Positions 37,234-50,963 of a DNA stretch of 64,000 nucleotides are shown piece by piece. The notes beneath the pieces were generated by a model, which was not told the origin of the DNA, ran no database searches, and saw only the letters and a program-made list of their open reading frames with translations. Source of the DNA: Lingula anatina (taxonomy: Eukaryota > Animalia > Brachiopoda). The position numbers and the translations under genes were made by a program. Positions within the stretch are counted from its first letter, which is position 1. Every line of letters begins with the position of its first letter. Location: contig CM120643.1 in assembly GCA_051362555.1 (NCBI GenBank), forward strand, positions 24,618,848-24,682,847, read 5' to 3'.

Positions 37234-40200
37234 TGTTACGAATAAGCAAACTTCTTTAGTCTTTTTCACATCTATTTTATTTGCTTGTCATTGAAATTGT
37301 CACGTAGAAACTGAAATGAACAAAATACATCAAATTAAGAAATTATCCTTAAATTATGTTACAATTACAACTTATAAAGTTCTTATTAACTGCTTAAATT
37401 ACTAAATGATTCATAAAGTCTTACCTCATTGCGGGAATTAGTGACTTTTAATGATCAGAACATAACTATGATAAGCGTGTGTGTCACGGGTCTATCCTTG
37501 GATTCTCAAATATCATTGGACGACCGCATGAAGTGATGACGTCATGACACAATTACACTAAAACACCGGCACATCTAAAGCAATGCTGAAGGTACACGTA
37601 CGTAATGTCAGTGTACAATTGTATCAATTATTTAGTATATAATTTTTTTTATTATTTCTTAAATATAAAAAATGAAAGTATTTTTAAACGTGCATATAAA
37701 AAAGTTTATTGCCGTTGTTATTTATTTATGTAATGAATTAAACATTAATGTAACATCGTAATACTAAACACTGTTGTCAAAGAAAATGAAGCGTCTGATA
37801 CAAAGTATCAAACGCGGCATTCACGTGCTTGCTTGCGGTGCGTTCAGTACACTTTGTTTACACTGACATGTTGAGGTCAGAAACGCACAATTTTTTCTGT
37901 ATAATATTACGCAGTTTTAATTTTGATTATACAAAAGGAATCAACAAATGATGGCATAAAAACACCTATGCTTTATTCTTATATTACACGGATTGCAATT
38001 GGATTTTATATGGGAGTGATATCAACCCACAATGTGAGCATCGTGATGAATAATATAGGCCTACAGACTAGGAATCAGTTATCCTAGCTTTTACACAAGA
38101 TTTTTTTATATAGACAGAGAAAGGTTTTAATTCTAGGATTCACATTTTGCTTGGGTTACTTGAAAATGCTTATAAATCAAAGGTGTCTGTTGCAAATATG
38201 GAACATAAATACTGTAGGCCCTACAGATGGAAGGGCACTGCTCATATTCCTTTGTACTTCATTCTCACAGCGCATTCTTAATTTTAATTTTATCCAGAAA
38301 TGTGCAAAAAATACATATAACTAATGCTATGACAAACAAAATGTGGAAGGCTTTAGATCATTGATTTCGGAAAAGCTCTGAAACCAATTTTCAGACAAAT
38401 TTCAATTGAATTTGCATGGTAATTATGTGGAGGGAGTAAATCATGTAAGTAAAACTCATTTCATAAGAAATCTAAACACCTTGCACACAAATGTATGTTA
38501 CAATATATAAGCTTTCAAAGTTCAAATTAAAGTCTTACACAAGAGAAACACAGGAATATTTTTATAATCGAATAAGAGGGAACTATTGATCTTAAGATTT
38601 ACAGTAGATTAGAAAATTAAGCTTGTAGCATTGTAGAACCTAAAAACCATACTGTAGGCCTACAATTATTTATTAAATTAATTAAAAAAACTGATTCCCT
38701 TGAACAAACAATGTTTAATTTCTGCTCATCGTTTTCTTAGTCAATATTGTGTTTATTTTCTAACACTTTCTTTCTTTTATTTGAAGTATTGTAGCACTGT
38801 TTTGCCAATTTAATATTTGAGCTTTAAGGTTAACCTGTAAGCGTGTTCAAAATTGTTCTAATCTATTACGTATTTCTTGATAATGTTTAGGGATATTTTT
38901 TTACAACAAATACGTCCATTTTGAACGTTGTTTGCCGCACTTTAGTCACGTGTAACAACATATGCATCAAACGTGTTTTAAAATAATAAAAATTCAACAT
39001 ATAACATAATATGTTATATATATATATAGAGAGAATATATATATATAGAAAGCTTATTATAAGAATGGTCTTTTTTGGAAAATTAAAGTGCGTGCCCCGA
39101 AGAGCCTTATGAAAAATATTTATTTCGCTTGGGATAACAATTACGGAAAAAGCCGATCGAGATGGTAACTTTCTCAATTTCACTTCAGCATTGCTTTAGA
39201 TGTGCTGGTGTTTTTGCGTAATTGTGTGATGACGTCATCACTTCATGCGGTCGTCCAATGATATTTGAGAATCCAAGGATAGACCCGTGACACGCGTGCT
39301 CTAGTCAAAAAAGTAAAACGCTATCTCCACCGATGTGCATAACAGCTAAGACGGGCCAAACCTTAACATGGCTCCCCTAAATTGTGAAAGCAATTTACAT
39401 AATATACACTGTTTACCTTATCATTACGTATAAAAAATATTTGCTCGGAAATTATTAAGAATTACCGTACCTTAAACACCTTTAAGGAACATCAAAACTT
39501 ACTGTTAATTACTGTATTAAAACATAAAATACTTTGCAATCCCATAAACACAAATAGCTCAACATGTAACTGTCTTTAGAAAACAAAAGTGTTCATTAAA
39601 TCTACACAAACTGTAGCATAGAATCATAACAAACTGACATTGTCACAGTTAACAGTTATTTTGGCTCCTGGACGGGGTCTTCTCCGGTCAATAAAAGAAT
39701 TAACTTGTGCACTGGTCTCTCATATGTAGAGTCCCTAACTTTCAACTTGACCTTACGCACATATCCATCTGCACTTTGAAAGGTTTCTGCTATGCGACCA
39801 AGTGGCCACTGATTTCTTGGTGCACTGTCATCTATCATGAGAACAATATCTCCAACTTGTACATCTGTACATTGTTTGATCCACTTTTTTCTCTTTTGTA
39901 ATGTAGGAAGAAATTCCTTTCTCCACCTGTTCCAAAATTCATTGGCTAGATATTGAACATGTCGCCATCTTCGATGAAGGTAGGCCTATGTGTCTTTCCT
40001 TATGAAATTCCCAGGTGGTGGCATCACGACCTTAGTTTTCAGGGTCAGGAGCTGATTTGGAGACAAAGGCATTGGAGAATCTGGTCACTGTGTATCAATG
40101 TAAGTCAAAGGTCTACTGTTAACTATGGCTTCTGCCTCAGTTAACAATGTGGACAAAGAATCATCATCTAAACGGTCACTGTGAGCTGTGAGAAGTCCTG

Positions 40201-43200
40201 ATAAAGCATTTCTGGCTGATCTGATCATCCTTTCCCACATGCCTCCCATATGTGAAGCATGAGGAACATTCATTTCAAATTGAATCCAGTCACAGTGGTC
40301 TTTCAGAAGTTCGCTCCTGATCTTGTCCTGATCCATATCCATAAAGGCAGTTTCTTGCTCTCCCTTAACTCCAATGAAATTGGTTCCACGGTCTGCTCTG
40401 AGTAGACGTACTGGTCCACGCCTGCATACAAAGCGTCTGTAGCAGTTAATGAAAGAATCTGTGCTGAGTGAATATGCAACTTCTATATGAATAGCACGTG
40501 ATGCTAAACATGTAAACATAGCACCATATCTCTTCATCTGCTTTCTTCCCTCCTTCACATAGAATGGTCCAAAAAAATCTACTGCACTGTAGGTGAATGG
40601 AGGTGCTGGTTCCAGTCTGTCAGCTGGAAGATCTGACATTTTCTGACTCTGTGAGTTTGCTCATAGCTTACGACAGGTCACACATTTCCATATATATGAT
40701 CCAATCTTTGCACGGCCAGAAATTATCCAATAACCACTAGCTCGGACTTCATTAAGAGTAATGCCACTTCCTGAATGTCCGCATCGTGTATGATAGTGGT
40801 CAATTATGAGATTTGTAACGTGATGATGCTTAGGCAGAATCACTGGGTGTGTAAGCTCTCTGGATAGATTTGCTCTCTTTATACGACCACCTACTCTGAG
40901 TAGTCCATCTTCACATAAAAATGGGTCTAGGCGGTATAGTGAACTGGTTTTCTTGATTTGTTCGTTGCAATATCTTGCCTGTTTTCTCTCTGTGTGTTCA
41001 CTGTTATCTTCTCTGTTAATTGCTTTCAGTATTGCAATTTCCTTCTCAAATGTAGCAATCTGTGTTGACTTGAGAATGATCTTTTCTGCCACTTGTATTT
41101 CTTGAACATTCAACGGTTCATTGCTGGTCTCAACTGTGTTCTGCTGTGTAGATTTCCTGTTCTTAGCTTGTTTCAGCTTCTGTATGAATCGTAAACACCA
41201 CGTAACAACTCGTGTTGCTCTCTTCCAGGAAGAAAACCTTTTCAATACATCAGACAAGTGATCGTGGTTGGTTTCTACTTTAGTAGCAAATACATTGACT
41301 TCAGATTTGCGTACTTCTGGGTCATCTGGTGCTAGTCTGAATTGGGTATCAGTGGTAGATAGTGGTTCATCAATGCACAGAAAGTCTGGCCCATTCCACC
41401 AATGTTCATTCTGTAGTAGCTCTGTCACACCTGTTCCCCTGGAGGCTGTATCAGCTGGGTTGTCACTGGACTTAACATGCCTCCATTGCGATGGCTGACT
41501 GACTTCTCTAATTTGTTGTACATTCTATTTGCTACAAAGACATGAAATCTCTTAGCATCATTATTGACATACCCTAGAACAACTTTGCTGTCAGTCCAAT
41601 ACACATGGGTGATGTCCTCATACTCTAACTCCTTGGCAAGAAAGGGCCCCACCTTTATAGACATCACTGCTGCTGACAACTCTAGGCGTGGGACTGTCAC
41701 TGGTTTAGAGGGAGTTACCTTGGACTTGCCCATAACTAATGTGGTTGCTATTCTTCCTGTGTTGCTTTTAAGTCTCAAGTAACTACACTGACCTAGGCCT
41801 TCTACACTGGCATCTGAGAAGTGATGAAGTTCTGCAGTAGTTACTTCACCAAAATCATTTGGCTTATAGCACCGTGGTATATTCAACTTGGTTAAGTTCA
41901 GCAAATCTGAGCGCCATCTTTCCCATCTGCATCTAATACTCTCTGGCACTTGATCATCCCACTCTGCACCGTCTCTGCATAGCTCTTGGAGAATTTTCTT
42001 ACCGGCAAGGATGAATGGTGAGACAAGGCCTAAAGGGTCAAATATGGAACTTACAGTGGAGAGAATTCCCCTTCTTGTTAATGGCTTATCATTGATCTGG
42101 ACCTTAAACTGAAAACTGTCCGCTTCTACACACCACTGTACTCCTAAAGCTGGGCATATTGGCAATGTGTCTCTGTTAAGGTCAATGTTTCTCATTTCTT
42201 TGGCTCTCTCTGACATTGGGATTGTATTCATCACTTCACGGTTGTTTGATACTAGCTTGTGAAGTCTTAGGTTACCTTTGTTCAGCAGCTCTCTTGTTTC
42301 TCTAACAAGACGTATAGCTTCTTCACTTGACTCGATGCTCTTGAGTCCATTGTCTACATAAAAGTCATTCTTAAGAAAGGCAATGACGTCTGGTGAATAC
42401 TCATCTTGGTAGTCCTCTGCTAGTTTCCTCAGTCCATACAATGCGCATGCTGGTGAACTTATCGCTCCAAATATATGAGACATCATTCTGTATGTGATGG
42501 GATTACTACTGAGGTCACCGTCTTTCCACCATAGGAACTGTAAAAACTTTCTATCCTCTTCTTTCACTTTAAACCTGTGAAACATGTTTTCCATGTCACC
42601 CATGATTGCTACTGGCTGCTCTCTAAACCTCAATAAAACACCTATGAGCTAGTTATTCTGATCAGGTCCTTTCAACAGGCAGTCGTTTAGCGCAACATTT
42701 TCATGTTTTGCACTGGCATCAAACACCACTCGTAATTTCTCACGTTTCTTGGGGTGATATACACCATGATGTGGTAAGTACCAACCTCCATCTTCATGAG
42801 GTGATTCTTCTGCATAGCATTTATCTATGAGGTCCTGCATAAAACTGTTATAGTGCTCATAATACTTCGGGTTGTGGATTAGCCTTTTCCTTAGCTGCTC
42901 TAGTCTGATCTCAGCTGCTGGTTTGTTGTTTGGCAATGCTGGATGTCCATCTTTAAATGGTAGTGGCATCTCGTAAAAACCCTCGTTGAAATGTATGCCC
43001 TCCTCCATAATCTTCATGAACTTCTGGTCTTGAAGGCTTAGCCTTTCATCTTTCTGTTGGTCGAAACCTTGGTCAAAGAGACTGCAAACCTCAGCGGGGC
43101 TGATCTCTGTCACTTGTGTTCTAAAGGCAAAGGCATGTGTTGCAAAGCTCTTGTTCTCATCTATGGGTCTTGATTTGTCCACTGGCCCTACTATACCCCA

Positions 43201-44567
43201 ACCTAGGTTACATCTGTATGCATATGGCTCCTCTCCTCTACCATGTACGTATTCCAGACCTCTAATGGCTTTCATGCAGTTTACTCCCAACAGCAGTCCT
43301 ACCTCTATGTCTGGGCGATAAGGAGTAATCTTATCAGCAATTGAGTGCAAGTATGGCCATTTCCTAGCAGTTTCTGGTCTGGGTATCTGCGATCGCTTAA
43401 CTGGAATGGAGTCTCTGGAGTATGTATCTGGGAGCTCAATCAATGTCTCTTGGTTAAGACCTCTCACAACAAGTCCTCCAACTTTCCTGCTCGGGACAGT
43501 TTTTTCTCCAAGTATGGTTTAAAGTCTGATGTCTACATGCTTCCCTTTACATTCGAGTTCACTGAGGGTCGAGGACTTTACAAAGCAGGCATCTGACTGC
43601 TCGTCTAGTACTGCATATACCACTGAATAAATGTCTGGATTATCCTTGTGGTGCACTACAACTGGCACTATCATGGAATGCACATTCTCAGAACTGTGGG
43701 TGGTATGGCATACAGCTGCACCCACTACTTTACTAGTGTAATTGTCATCATGTAGAATTGTTGGATGATAAGAGTTACATTTTTGGCATTTCATTTTACT
43801 TCTGCATTCATGTTTTCTGTGACCATATGCAAGGCACCCAAAACATAACCCATTATTCTTTATAATGCCGATTCTTTCATCCATTGTCTTTTCTTGCATT
43901 TCTGGGCATTGGTGAAGTTTATGTTGTTCCTTGCATAATATACACTTGTGAATGTGTCTTTCGTTGCTGGATGCAGAGGTACTAGACAGTACTGTTTGTG
44001 CTGGAACTCTTCTCCTTGGTGCTGGTATAGGTCTCTCTGGTGGTGGTGGAACCTTTCCAAAAATGGGGTCAGCCAATTTTCGTGCTTCTTTCTGTACAAA
44101 ATCGACGAAAACCTGAAAGGTTACCTTCTGTCCCCTTTCCTTCCTTTCATATACTATGCTTCTCCATTTATCATGCAATCTGGACGGCAGCTTCATCATT
44201 AGCCTCTTAAGGTTATCAGGATACTCGAGGACTGGGATGGCATCTATTTCTTTTACTGCATACTCACATTCCCTTAAAAATATGCCGTATTTGTCTAGTG
44301 CGACATAATCATCATGCTTTATCACTGGCCACTGTATGGCACGGTTTATATACGATGTTGCAATCCGTTCTTGGTCCCCATACCTTCTCTCAAATTCCTT
44401 CCATGCGGCCTTGAAACCAATGGTTGCATCTAAGTGAGCGAATCCTAGCGTAATTTCATGAGGCTCACCTCTGGTGTATTGAAGTAGATAGTTCAGTTTT
44501 TCATCATCAGAGTCGCATGTTTCTATGATTCTACTTTTAAACTGTCTCTTAAACAGCACATATTTGA
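37234..44567 (-). mobile_element. BEL/Pao LTR retrotransposon, 5'-truncated, with frameshifts and stops
   Basis: Gag zinc knuckles (CILCKEQHKLHQC, CFGCLAYGHRKHEC), protease AVLDEQSD, RT YLPHHGV...LRVVFDAS...FYVDNGL (catalytic D to N), RNase H LHHFSDAS, integrase VDFFGPF / DRGTNF / GGMWERMIRS. PPT ttaggggagcca, then a 3' LTR tgttaag...cgtaaca from 39368 to 37234 (about 320 bp after removing a nested element). Confidence 0.93.
37480..39294. mobile_element. Non-autonomous TIR element, about 1.8 kb, Ginger-like termini, nested in the BEL 3' LTR
   Basis: TIRs of about 110 bp, tgtgtcacgggtctatccttggattctcaaatatcattgg... / ...tccaaggatagacccgtgacac; 4-5 bp duplication (g)cgtg; no intact ORF. Confidence 0.75.
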
Positions 44568-45328
44568 TATTGTTATCGGTGCTGCATATATGCTGAAAAA
44601 AGTGAAAAAACAGCATAAATTCCCTAAAGTGACCCGATCATGCTGATTTTCGACCTTGACCTGCGTATTATGAATATTCATCAGTTCTGTAAGTTTCAAG
44701 CCAAAAGGTAAAATGGTTTTCCACTTATCGTGTTATCGGTGCTGCCTATATGCTGAAAAAAGTGAAACAAGGCAGCAAAGCTGTCAAATGTACAGACAAA
44801 AAACAGAAAATAAAGATGCAAAATAGGTCATTTTGTCAATTTTGATGCAATAATAAATAATGCTTATAATAGCACTGTCAGTCAACACTGAATTTTAATC
44901 ATGCACAACAGGTACCATGGTCAATAACAGGAGCGAACCCAGAGATATTTTCTCTGGGTTATAAATAATGTATCTATGTTGATCCATCCTCCATTTTTAT
45001 GGTCTTCCAACAGAAAAAAATAGATACCAGTCAATATAATCTTAATAACCTGACCGTCTTCCGGAAGACCCAGAAGATGGTCTCAATCCACCCCTTCAGT
45101 AAGATTACAGTTTCAGGACCATGAGAGTTCAAATTCTCATGATGAAAGTCTCAATATTTGAAAAATGATGACAGTGCATAAAATAATATTACATAATGTT
45201 TAAAGACATAAAAAACAATACAACTGCTTATGTGGAAATATAGAAAATGTGCAGAGCCTCAGGCAGATGAGAGTTAAAAGTCACAAATGCCAGTGTTTGA
45301 GAAAAAATTAAAAAGGAAAACATAACAA

Positions 45329-45550
45329 AACTAGAAAAGCACTCCGAGAGCGCAGACCTCTGCCAAGACAGCAATTGTTGATTATTATTGATTGATTATT
45401 GATCCGGACCACCACCAAAAACCAATCATTGTCCTCCTTGCACACTTCTGACAGTTCCTGAAAATTTCATCAAAATCGGTCTGTACTTTTTTGAGTTATG
45501 TTGATGACAGACAAACAGGGGTGAAAACATAACCTCCTTGGCAGAGGTAA
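45329..45550 (+). mobile_element. Helentron-type non-autonomous element (HINE / pearl-like)
   Basis: aactagaaaagcactc...ctctgccaag, core tgaaaatttcatcaaaatcggtc, gacagacaaaca microsatellite, terminal aacctccttggcagaggtaa; second copy at 62000-62226. Confidence 0.75.
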
Positions 45551-45593
45551 ATATAATTCCAATGATGCTGCCATTCAAACTTTTAATCTTTTT

Positions 45594-45595
<2 letters not shown>

Positions 45596-45646
<51 letters not shown>
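45596..45646. repeat. (TA)n microsatellite
   Basis: About 25 TA units seen directly. Confidence 0.95.
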
Positions 45647-45649
<3 letters not shown>

Positions 45650-48497
45650 AAAACTTATTTGCAATATTAAACAAAATTTACCTGCATAATTATCACTGCT
45701 TACTTATTATTAATCTAGCAGAGAGCTTAACCTTTGGGAGTTTACAGGGAAATATCAACAAGTGTGCTTTATGTAATCTCATTTAATGGCCTATTAATGA
45801 CTTTATAACTCTGAACTTAGCTAAGTGATACCCAAGACTGACCCTCTCAAAGATCTTTCAGGCCCATAAGTCACATCTTAAGAAAAGCACATAAGAATAA
45901 TGCACAAAATAGGAGACTACCAATTCTGATGCAATAATACATTATGTTTAACTGCACAGTCAACATCAAATTTTAATTATGCACAACAGGTAACACCAAC
46001 GTAAGTAAAAGCATAAGGCTTCAGGCCCAACAGAGTTCAAGTTTATACTTTGAAAGTGCCAGAATGAGAAAAATGAAAATTTCACACAAAATTGCATGAA
46101 TTCAATGATAAAAGATAACCCAATTGAGCTGGCTTTCTAATTTGAACTGCATGCCAATCCTAAAAATCATACTTGTAGGTTTAAAATAATAATAAGTAAC
46201 ACAGTTTTCTTTTCATAATGTTTGCATTAGCAGTGCAAAAAGATTTTTGTCAATTTTAATGTAACATTACATAATAAATTATATAATAATTATCACCAAT
46301 TTTTGATTATTGACTATAAATAGCATGGGCATTTAGAAAATTTGATTACTATTCGGCTTCATGTCCATGGGAGCTCCCAGTCCCACAGTGAATATGCCAA
46401 CACGATAATAATGAATTTTTCACTAAAATGTATAACTTCCAGAAAAAGAAGCCAATTAGACTGCTTTTCCAACTCAGGCTGCATTTTAGTCCTGTGTTTC
46501 TTTTTTGAAAGTTTGACAGTCATAAGTAACACGGTTTTCCCATAATGGTCATCATGGCAGCAGCACCAAAAATTGTGTTTTCTTCTATTTTGATGCAACA
46601 TTACATAATGCTTAACAGCATAATGACCATCAATTTTTAATAATAATATATACGTATCATGGATTTTCAGAAAATGTGACTAGCATGGGTCTTCAAGCCC
46701 GTGGAGATTCTAAGTCACACCTTGAAAATGCCAATATGTGAAAAATGAAATTTTCACAAAAAACTGTTTAACTGCCAGAAAAATTTACCAAACAGACTAC
46801 ATTTCCTACTGAAGCTGTATTTTAGTCCCATGTTTCTTTCCTGTAAGTTTGAGAACAGTAAGTGACATGATTTTCCTTAAGTGCTCATCATGGGAGCAGT
46901 GCCCAAAATAGGGGTTTCTTCAAATTTTAATGTAACATTACATAATGTTTAACAGCATAATGACCATCAATTTTTAATAATAGAATATTAGTAACATGGA
47001 CATTCAGAAAATGTGACAAGCAAAGGTCTTCAAGCCCGTGGAGATTCTAAGTCACACCTTGAAAATGCCAATATGTGAAAAATGAAATTTTCACAAAAAA
47101 CTGTTTAACTGCCAGAAAAATTTACCAAACAGACTACATTGCCTACTGAAGCTGTATTTTAGTCCCATGTTTCTTTCCTGTAAGTTTGAGAACAGTAAGT
47201 GACATGATTTTCCTTAAATGGTCATCATGGGAGCAGTGCCCAAAATAGGGGTTTCTTCAAATTTTGATGCAATATTACATAATGTTTAACAGCATAATGA
47301 CCATCAATTTTTAATAATAAAATATTAGTATCATGGATATTCAAAAAATGTGACTAGCAAAGGTCTTCAGGCCCATGGAACTTCAAAGTCACATCTTGAA
47401 AATGCCAAAATGTAAACAAGACAGCACTTTTCTGAAATGGGTTTATTTCCATTTTTAACACTTTTTTAACATAAAACAAAATTAACAGTTTACTGCCATT
47501 TTTATATGACCAACTAAGAAAATTGATGAGATGGGAAAAATATCAATAGAACAGTATTAAATGTCCAATTTCCTCCATTCTGAGATTCTGAACATAGTGG
47601 ATGATTGAATCTGACAAACTGCAATGATATGTGTTTATTTCCATTTTTGACACTTCATTACACAATTCACGATAAAAAGTTTACCATCATTTTTACATAA
47701 TCAACTAACAATGTTGTAAAGATGCAGGAAATGTCAAAAAAACACTTTTACATATCTTATTAGTTCAATAATGAGACTATTAACATGCCTAAGAATTGAA
47801 TCAGAGAAAATGTGAAAAAAAAGCATTACTTCCCTAAAAATGACCCAATCATGTTGATTTTCAAACTTGACCTGCGTTTTATAAATATTCATCAGTTCTG
47901 TAAGTTTCAAACCAAAAGGTAAAACGGTTTTCCACTTATCGTGTTTACGGTGTTGCATATATGCTGAAAAAAGTGAAAAAACAGCATAACTTCCCTAAAA
48001 ATGGCCTGATCATGCTGATTTTCGAACTTGACCTGAATATTATGAATATTCATCAGTTCTGTAAGTTTCAAACCAAAAGGTAAAACCGTTTTCCACTTAT
48101 CGTGTTTACGGTGTTGCATATATGCTGAAAAAAGTGAAAAAACAGCATAACTTCCCTAAAAATGGCCCGATCATGCTGATTTTCGAACTTGACCTGAATA
48201 TTATGAATATTCATCAGTTCTGTAAGTTTCAAGTCAAAACGTAAAACCGTTTTCCACTTATCGTGTTTACGGTAAAAGTGCACGCCAACGGCGACGACAG
48301 ACGCAGGTGACGGCTATATGTACAGACACATCTGTGTCTGTACATAAAAAGTTAACTATCATTTTTACATAATCAATTAACAATGTTGTAAAAATGCTGG
48401 AAATATCAAACAAACACTTTTACTTATCTTATTATTTAAATGAGACTGTTAACATGCCTAAGAATTTAATCTGAGGAAATGTGAAAAAACAGCATAA

Positions 48498-49597
48498 GGC
48501 CACACTTTTTTATTTTTATGGATGACATCCTCTGGGGACCCCAAAATCGGTGCGAGCGGGCGAAAAAAAAAAAAAAAACAGTCCAAAAAAAAAAAAAAAA
48601 AAAAAAACTGCTTAAGAAAAGTTATGTTTTCAGTACACAGGTGGAAACACTAATTTACCACAGAAACACGTATCAAACTAACAACATGTCTTTATCCATG
48701 CTCTCAAAATATTAAAGCATTGTGAATAGGGCCTACTTCGTAGAAAGGTAAAAAGTCATGAATATATATATGCTGCATATTACCAAATCTATTTAAGGTT
48801 ATTTCATGCATTCTGTTGGTATAGCAATCAATAAAACAAATATCAAATAAACAGCGTGTCTTTATTTGTACTCTCAGAAAATTTAAGCATTGTGAACACC
48901 TCACAGAATTGTTAAAAAATGAAGCAAAGATAGGCCTATGCTTCCTACTACCAAATCTAAACAAGGTAATTTCGGTCGATGCCATTTTGTCTACTTCGAC
49001 TCACACGTAGCAGCCAACTATTAGGTGGCCTGTCCAACCTTCAGTCCACCAAATACCACGACGCTCTTGTCGACCCTTTTTTCGCTACAAAAATAACCCT
49101 GGTAAGCCTATGTGCTGCTTTGGACAGAATGTCACTGAAATTTTCCGGGCGATGATTGCTGGCCGCGGCCAGCCTTTCGTATAATTGTAAAAAGGTGATA
49201 TCTCCATGTCCAATATCAATGGCAAACCAATCCAAAACGACGGCCCCCGTTCTTTTTATGACTTAAATTAATTGTCGTGTATTTTGAAATTAAAGCTAGA
49301 GATGAATTTGACGGCAAAGCGGCCATATTTCCACGTGGTGATAATACGCATGCGCAGAAAGCTCATTTTCCGCACTCGGAACTACTCGGATGTCTCCGCA
49401 GTCGACAATGACAGCATGGAGCTTGCGGAATTAGCCGAGGATTGCCGATTGCATTTTCCGGCAAATTCAATAACGACGTTTGTGACAACCGACTTCCTTG
49501 GGGGGGGGGGGTTTTTTTTTTTTTTTTTTTTTTTGGAGAACGGACGAAAATCGGTGCGCGCGCAGGATGTCATCCATAAAATTAAAAAAGTGTGGCC
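48498..49597. mobile_element. Non-autonomous element, 1100 bp, Zator- or Harbinger-like
   Basis: TIR ggccacacttttttatttttatggatgacatcct / aggatgtcatccataaaattaaaaaagtgtggcc; TAA duplication; empty site acagtataacttctaaaata at about 55961-55980. Confidence 0.85.
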
Positions 49598-49986
49598 TAA
49601 CTTCTAAAATAAAGGCCCGATTATGCTGATTTTCGAACTCAACCTGCGTTTTAGTTAGTTTGACTACTCCTGTGAGTATAATGACAATTGGCCTATCTGT
49701 TTTTCTTATATTGTGTTATCAGTGTTGCATATATGCTGAAAAAGTGAAAAAACAGCATAAATTCCCTTAAAATGACCCAAGCATGCTGATTTTCGAACTT
49801 CACCTGCATATTATGAATATTCATCAGTTCTGTAAGTTTCAAGCCAAAAGGTAAAATGGTTTTCCACTTATCATGTTATCGGGGTTGCATATATGCTGAA
49901 AAAAGTGAAAAAACGGCATAAATTCCCTAAAAATGACCCCATCATGCTGATTTTTGAACTTGACCTGCATATTATGAATATTCATC

Positions 49987-50963
49987 CACGCTCGGCTGTC
50001 ACCTTGATTGGATAGTAAACGATTGTCGTAAAATCGCTAAATGATATTAAAATCGGGTACATAAACTTAAAAACCACCTAGGACAACCTTAGACTGCCAC
50101 ATTAATCCAATACAATGCAAACATAAACTATAACAAGTAGTTAAAGCCTTCAAACCGAATGTCGTAAAGTCCCCATATACCTCCATAGAGACAATAAAAT
50201 ATAGTAAGCTTCTGAAACAAGATAAATCCAGTTCCAACATAATAATCGAAATAAAATACTGTCGGGCATCGGAGCGGCCTAAAACTTGGCACGCTTACCG
50301 CTAATACTGCAGGCTACATCATCCCGTCGCTCGTTTGTAAATTCCGTGCATGGCATACGCACAATCAAACCGTATATCCAAATTGCACCTCTGATGTTTG
50401 AATTAGTCCTCTACGCTATTCAAATCAAGAAGTGACGTAACCGCAGAGGTCACCGTACACCGGGCTTACGAAAAATAAGCCATGCCATTGGACAATGCGA
50501 CCTCTGCGGTTACGTCATTTCCTGAATTGGATTGTAGAGAGGACTAATTCAAACATCAGAGATGGAATTTGGATATACGGTTTGATTGTGCGTATGCCAT
50601 GCACGGAATTTACAAACGAGCGACGGGATGATGTAGCCTGCAGTATTAGCGGTAAGCGTGCCAAGTTTTAGGCCGCTCCGATGCCCGACAGTATTTTATT
50701 TCGATTATTATGTTGGAACTGGATTTATCTTGTTTCAGAAGCTTACTATATTTTATTGTCTCTATGGAGGTATATGGGGACTTTACGACATTCGGTTTGA
50801 AGGCTTTAACCACTTGTTATAGTTTATGTTTGCATTGTATTGGATTAATGTGGCAGTCTAAGGTTGTCCTAGGTGGTTTTTAAGTTTATGTACCCGATTT
50901 TAATATCATTTAGCGATTTTACGACAATCGTTTACTATCCAATCAAGGTGACAGCCGAGCGTG
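49987..50963. mobile_element. Foldback element, 977 bp, arms of about 465 bp, 8 bp TSD
   Basis: cacgctcggctgtcacc...ggtgacagccgagcgtg, near-perfect palindrome with a spacer of about 45 bp; TATTCATC duplicated (49979-49986, 50964-50971); inserted in a 161 bp unit. Confidence 0.92.

Larger units (their letters stand above)
44820..47420. repeat. About 337 bp tandem array
   Basis: The anchor ttacataatg recurs at 46601, 46938 and 47275 (period 337); more diverged units near 44860, 45190, 45935 and 46265. Confidence 0.75.

Noticed and set aside
37234-37470. Apparent extra 5' exons of gene E (gtaag donor at 37424, ttcag acceptor at 37311)
   Set aside because: They lie inside the BEL 3' LTR (PPT-defined start, tgtta...taaca ends) and contain stops in the required frames.
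38000-38420. Possible Helitron Rep motif (KGTAHIPL) inside the Ginger-like element
   Set aside because: Only one short degenerate match among stops; not supportable without a profile search.
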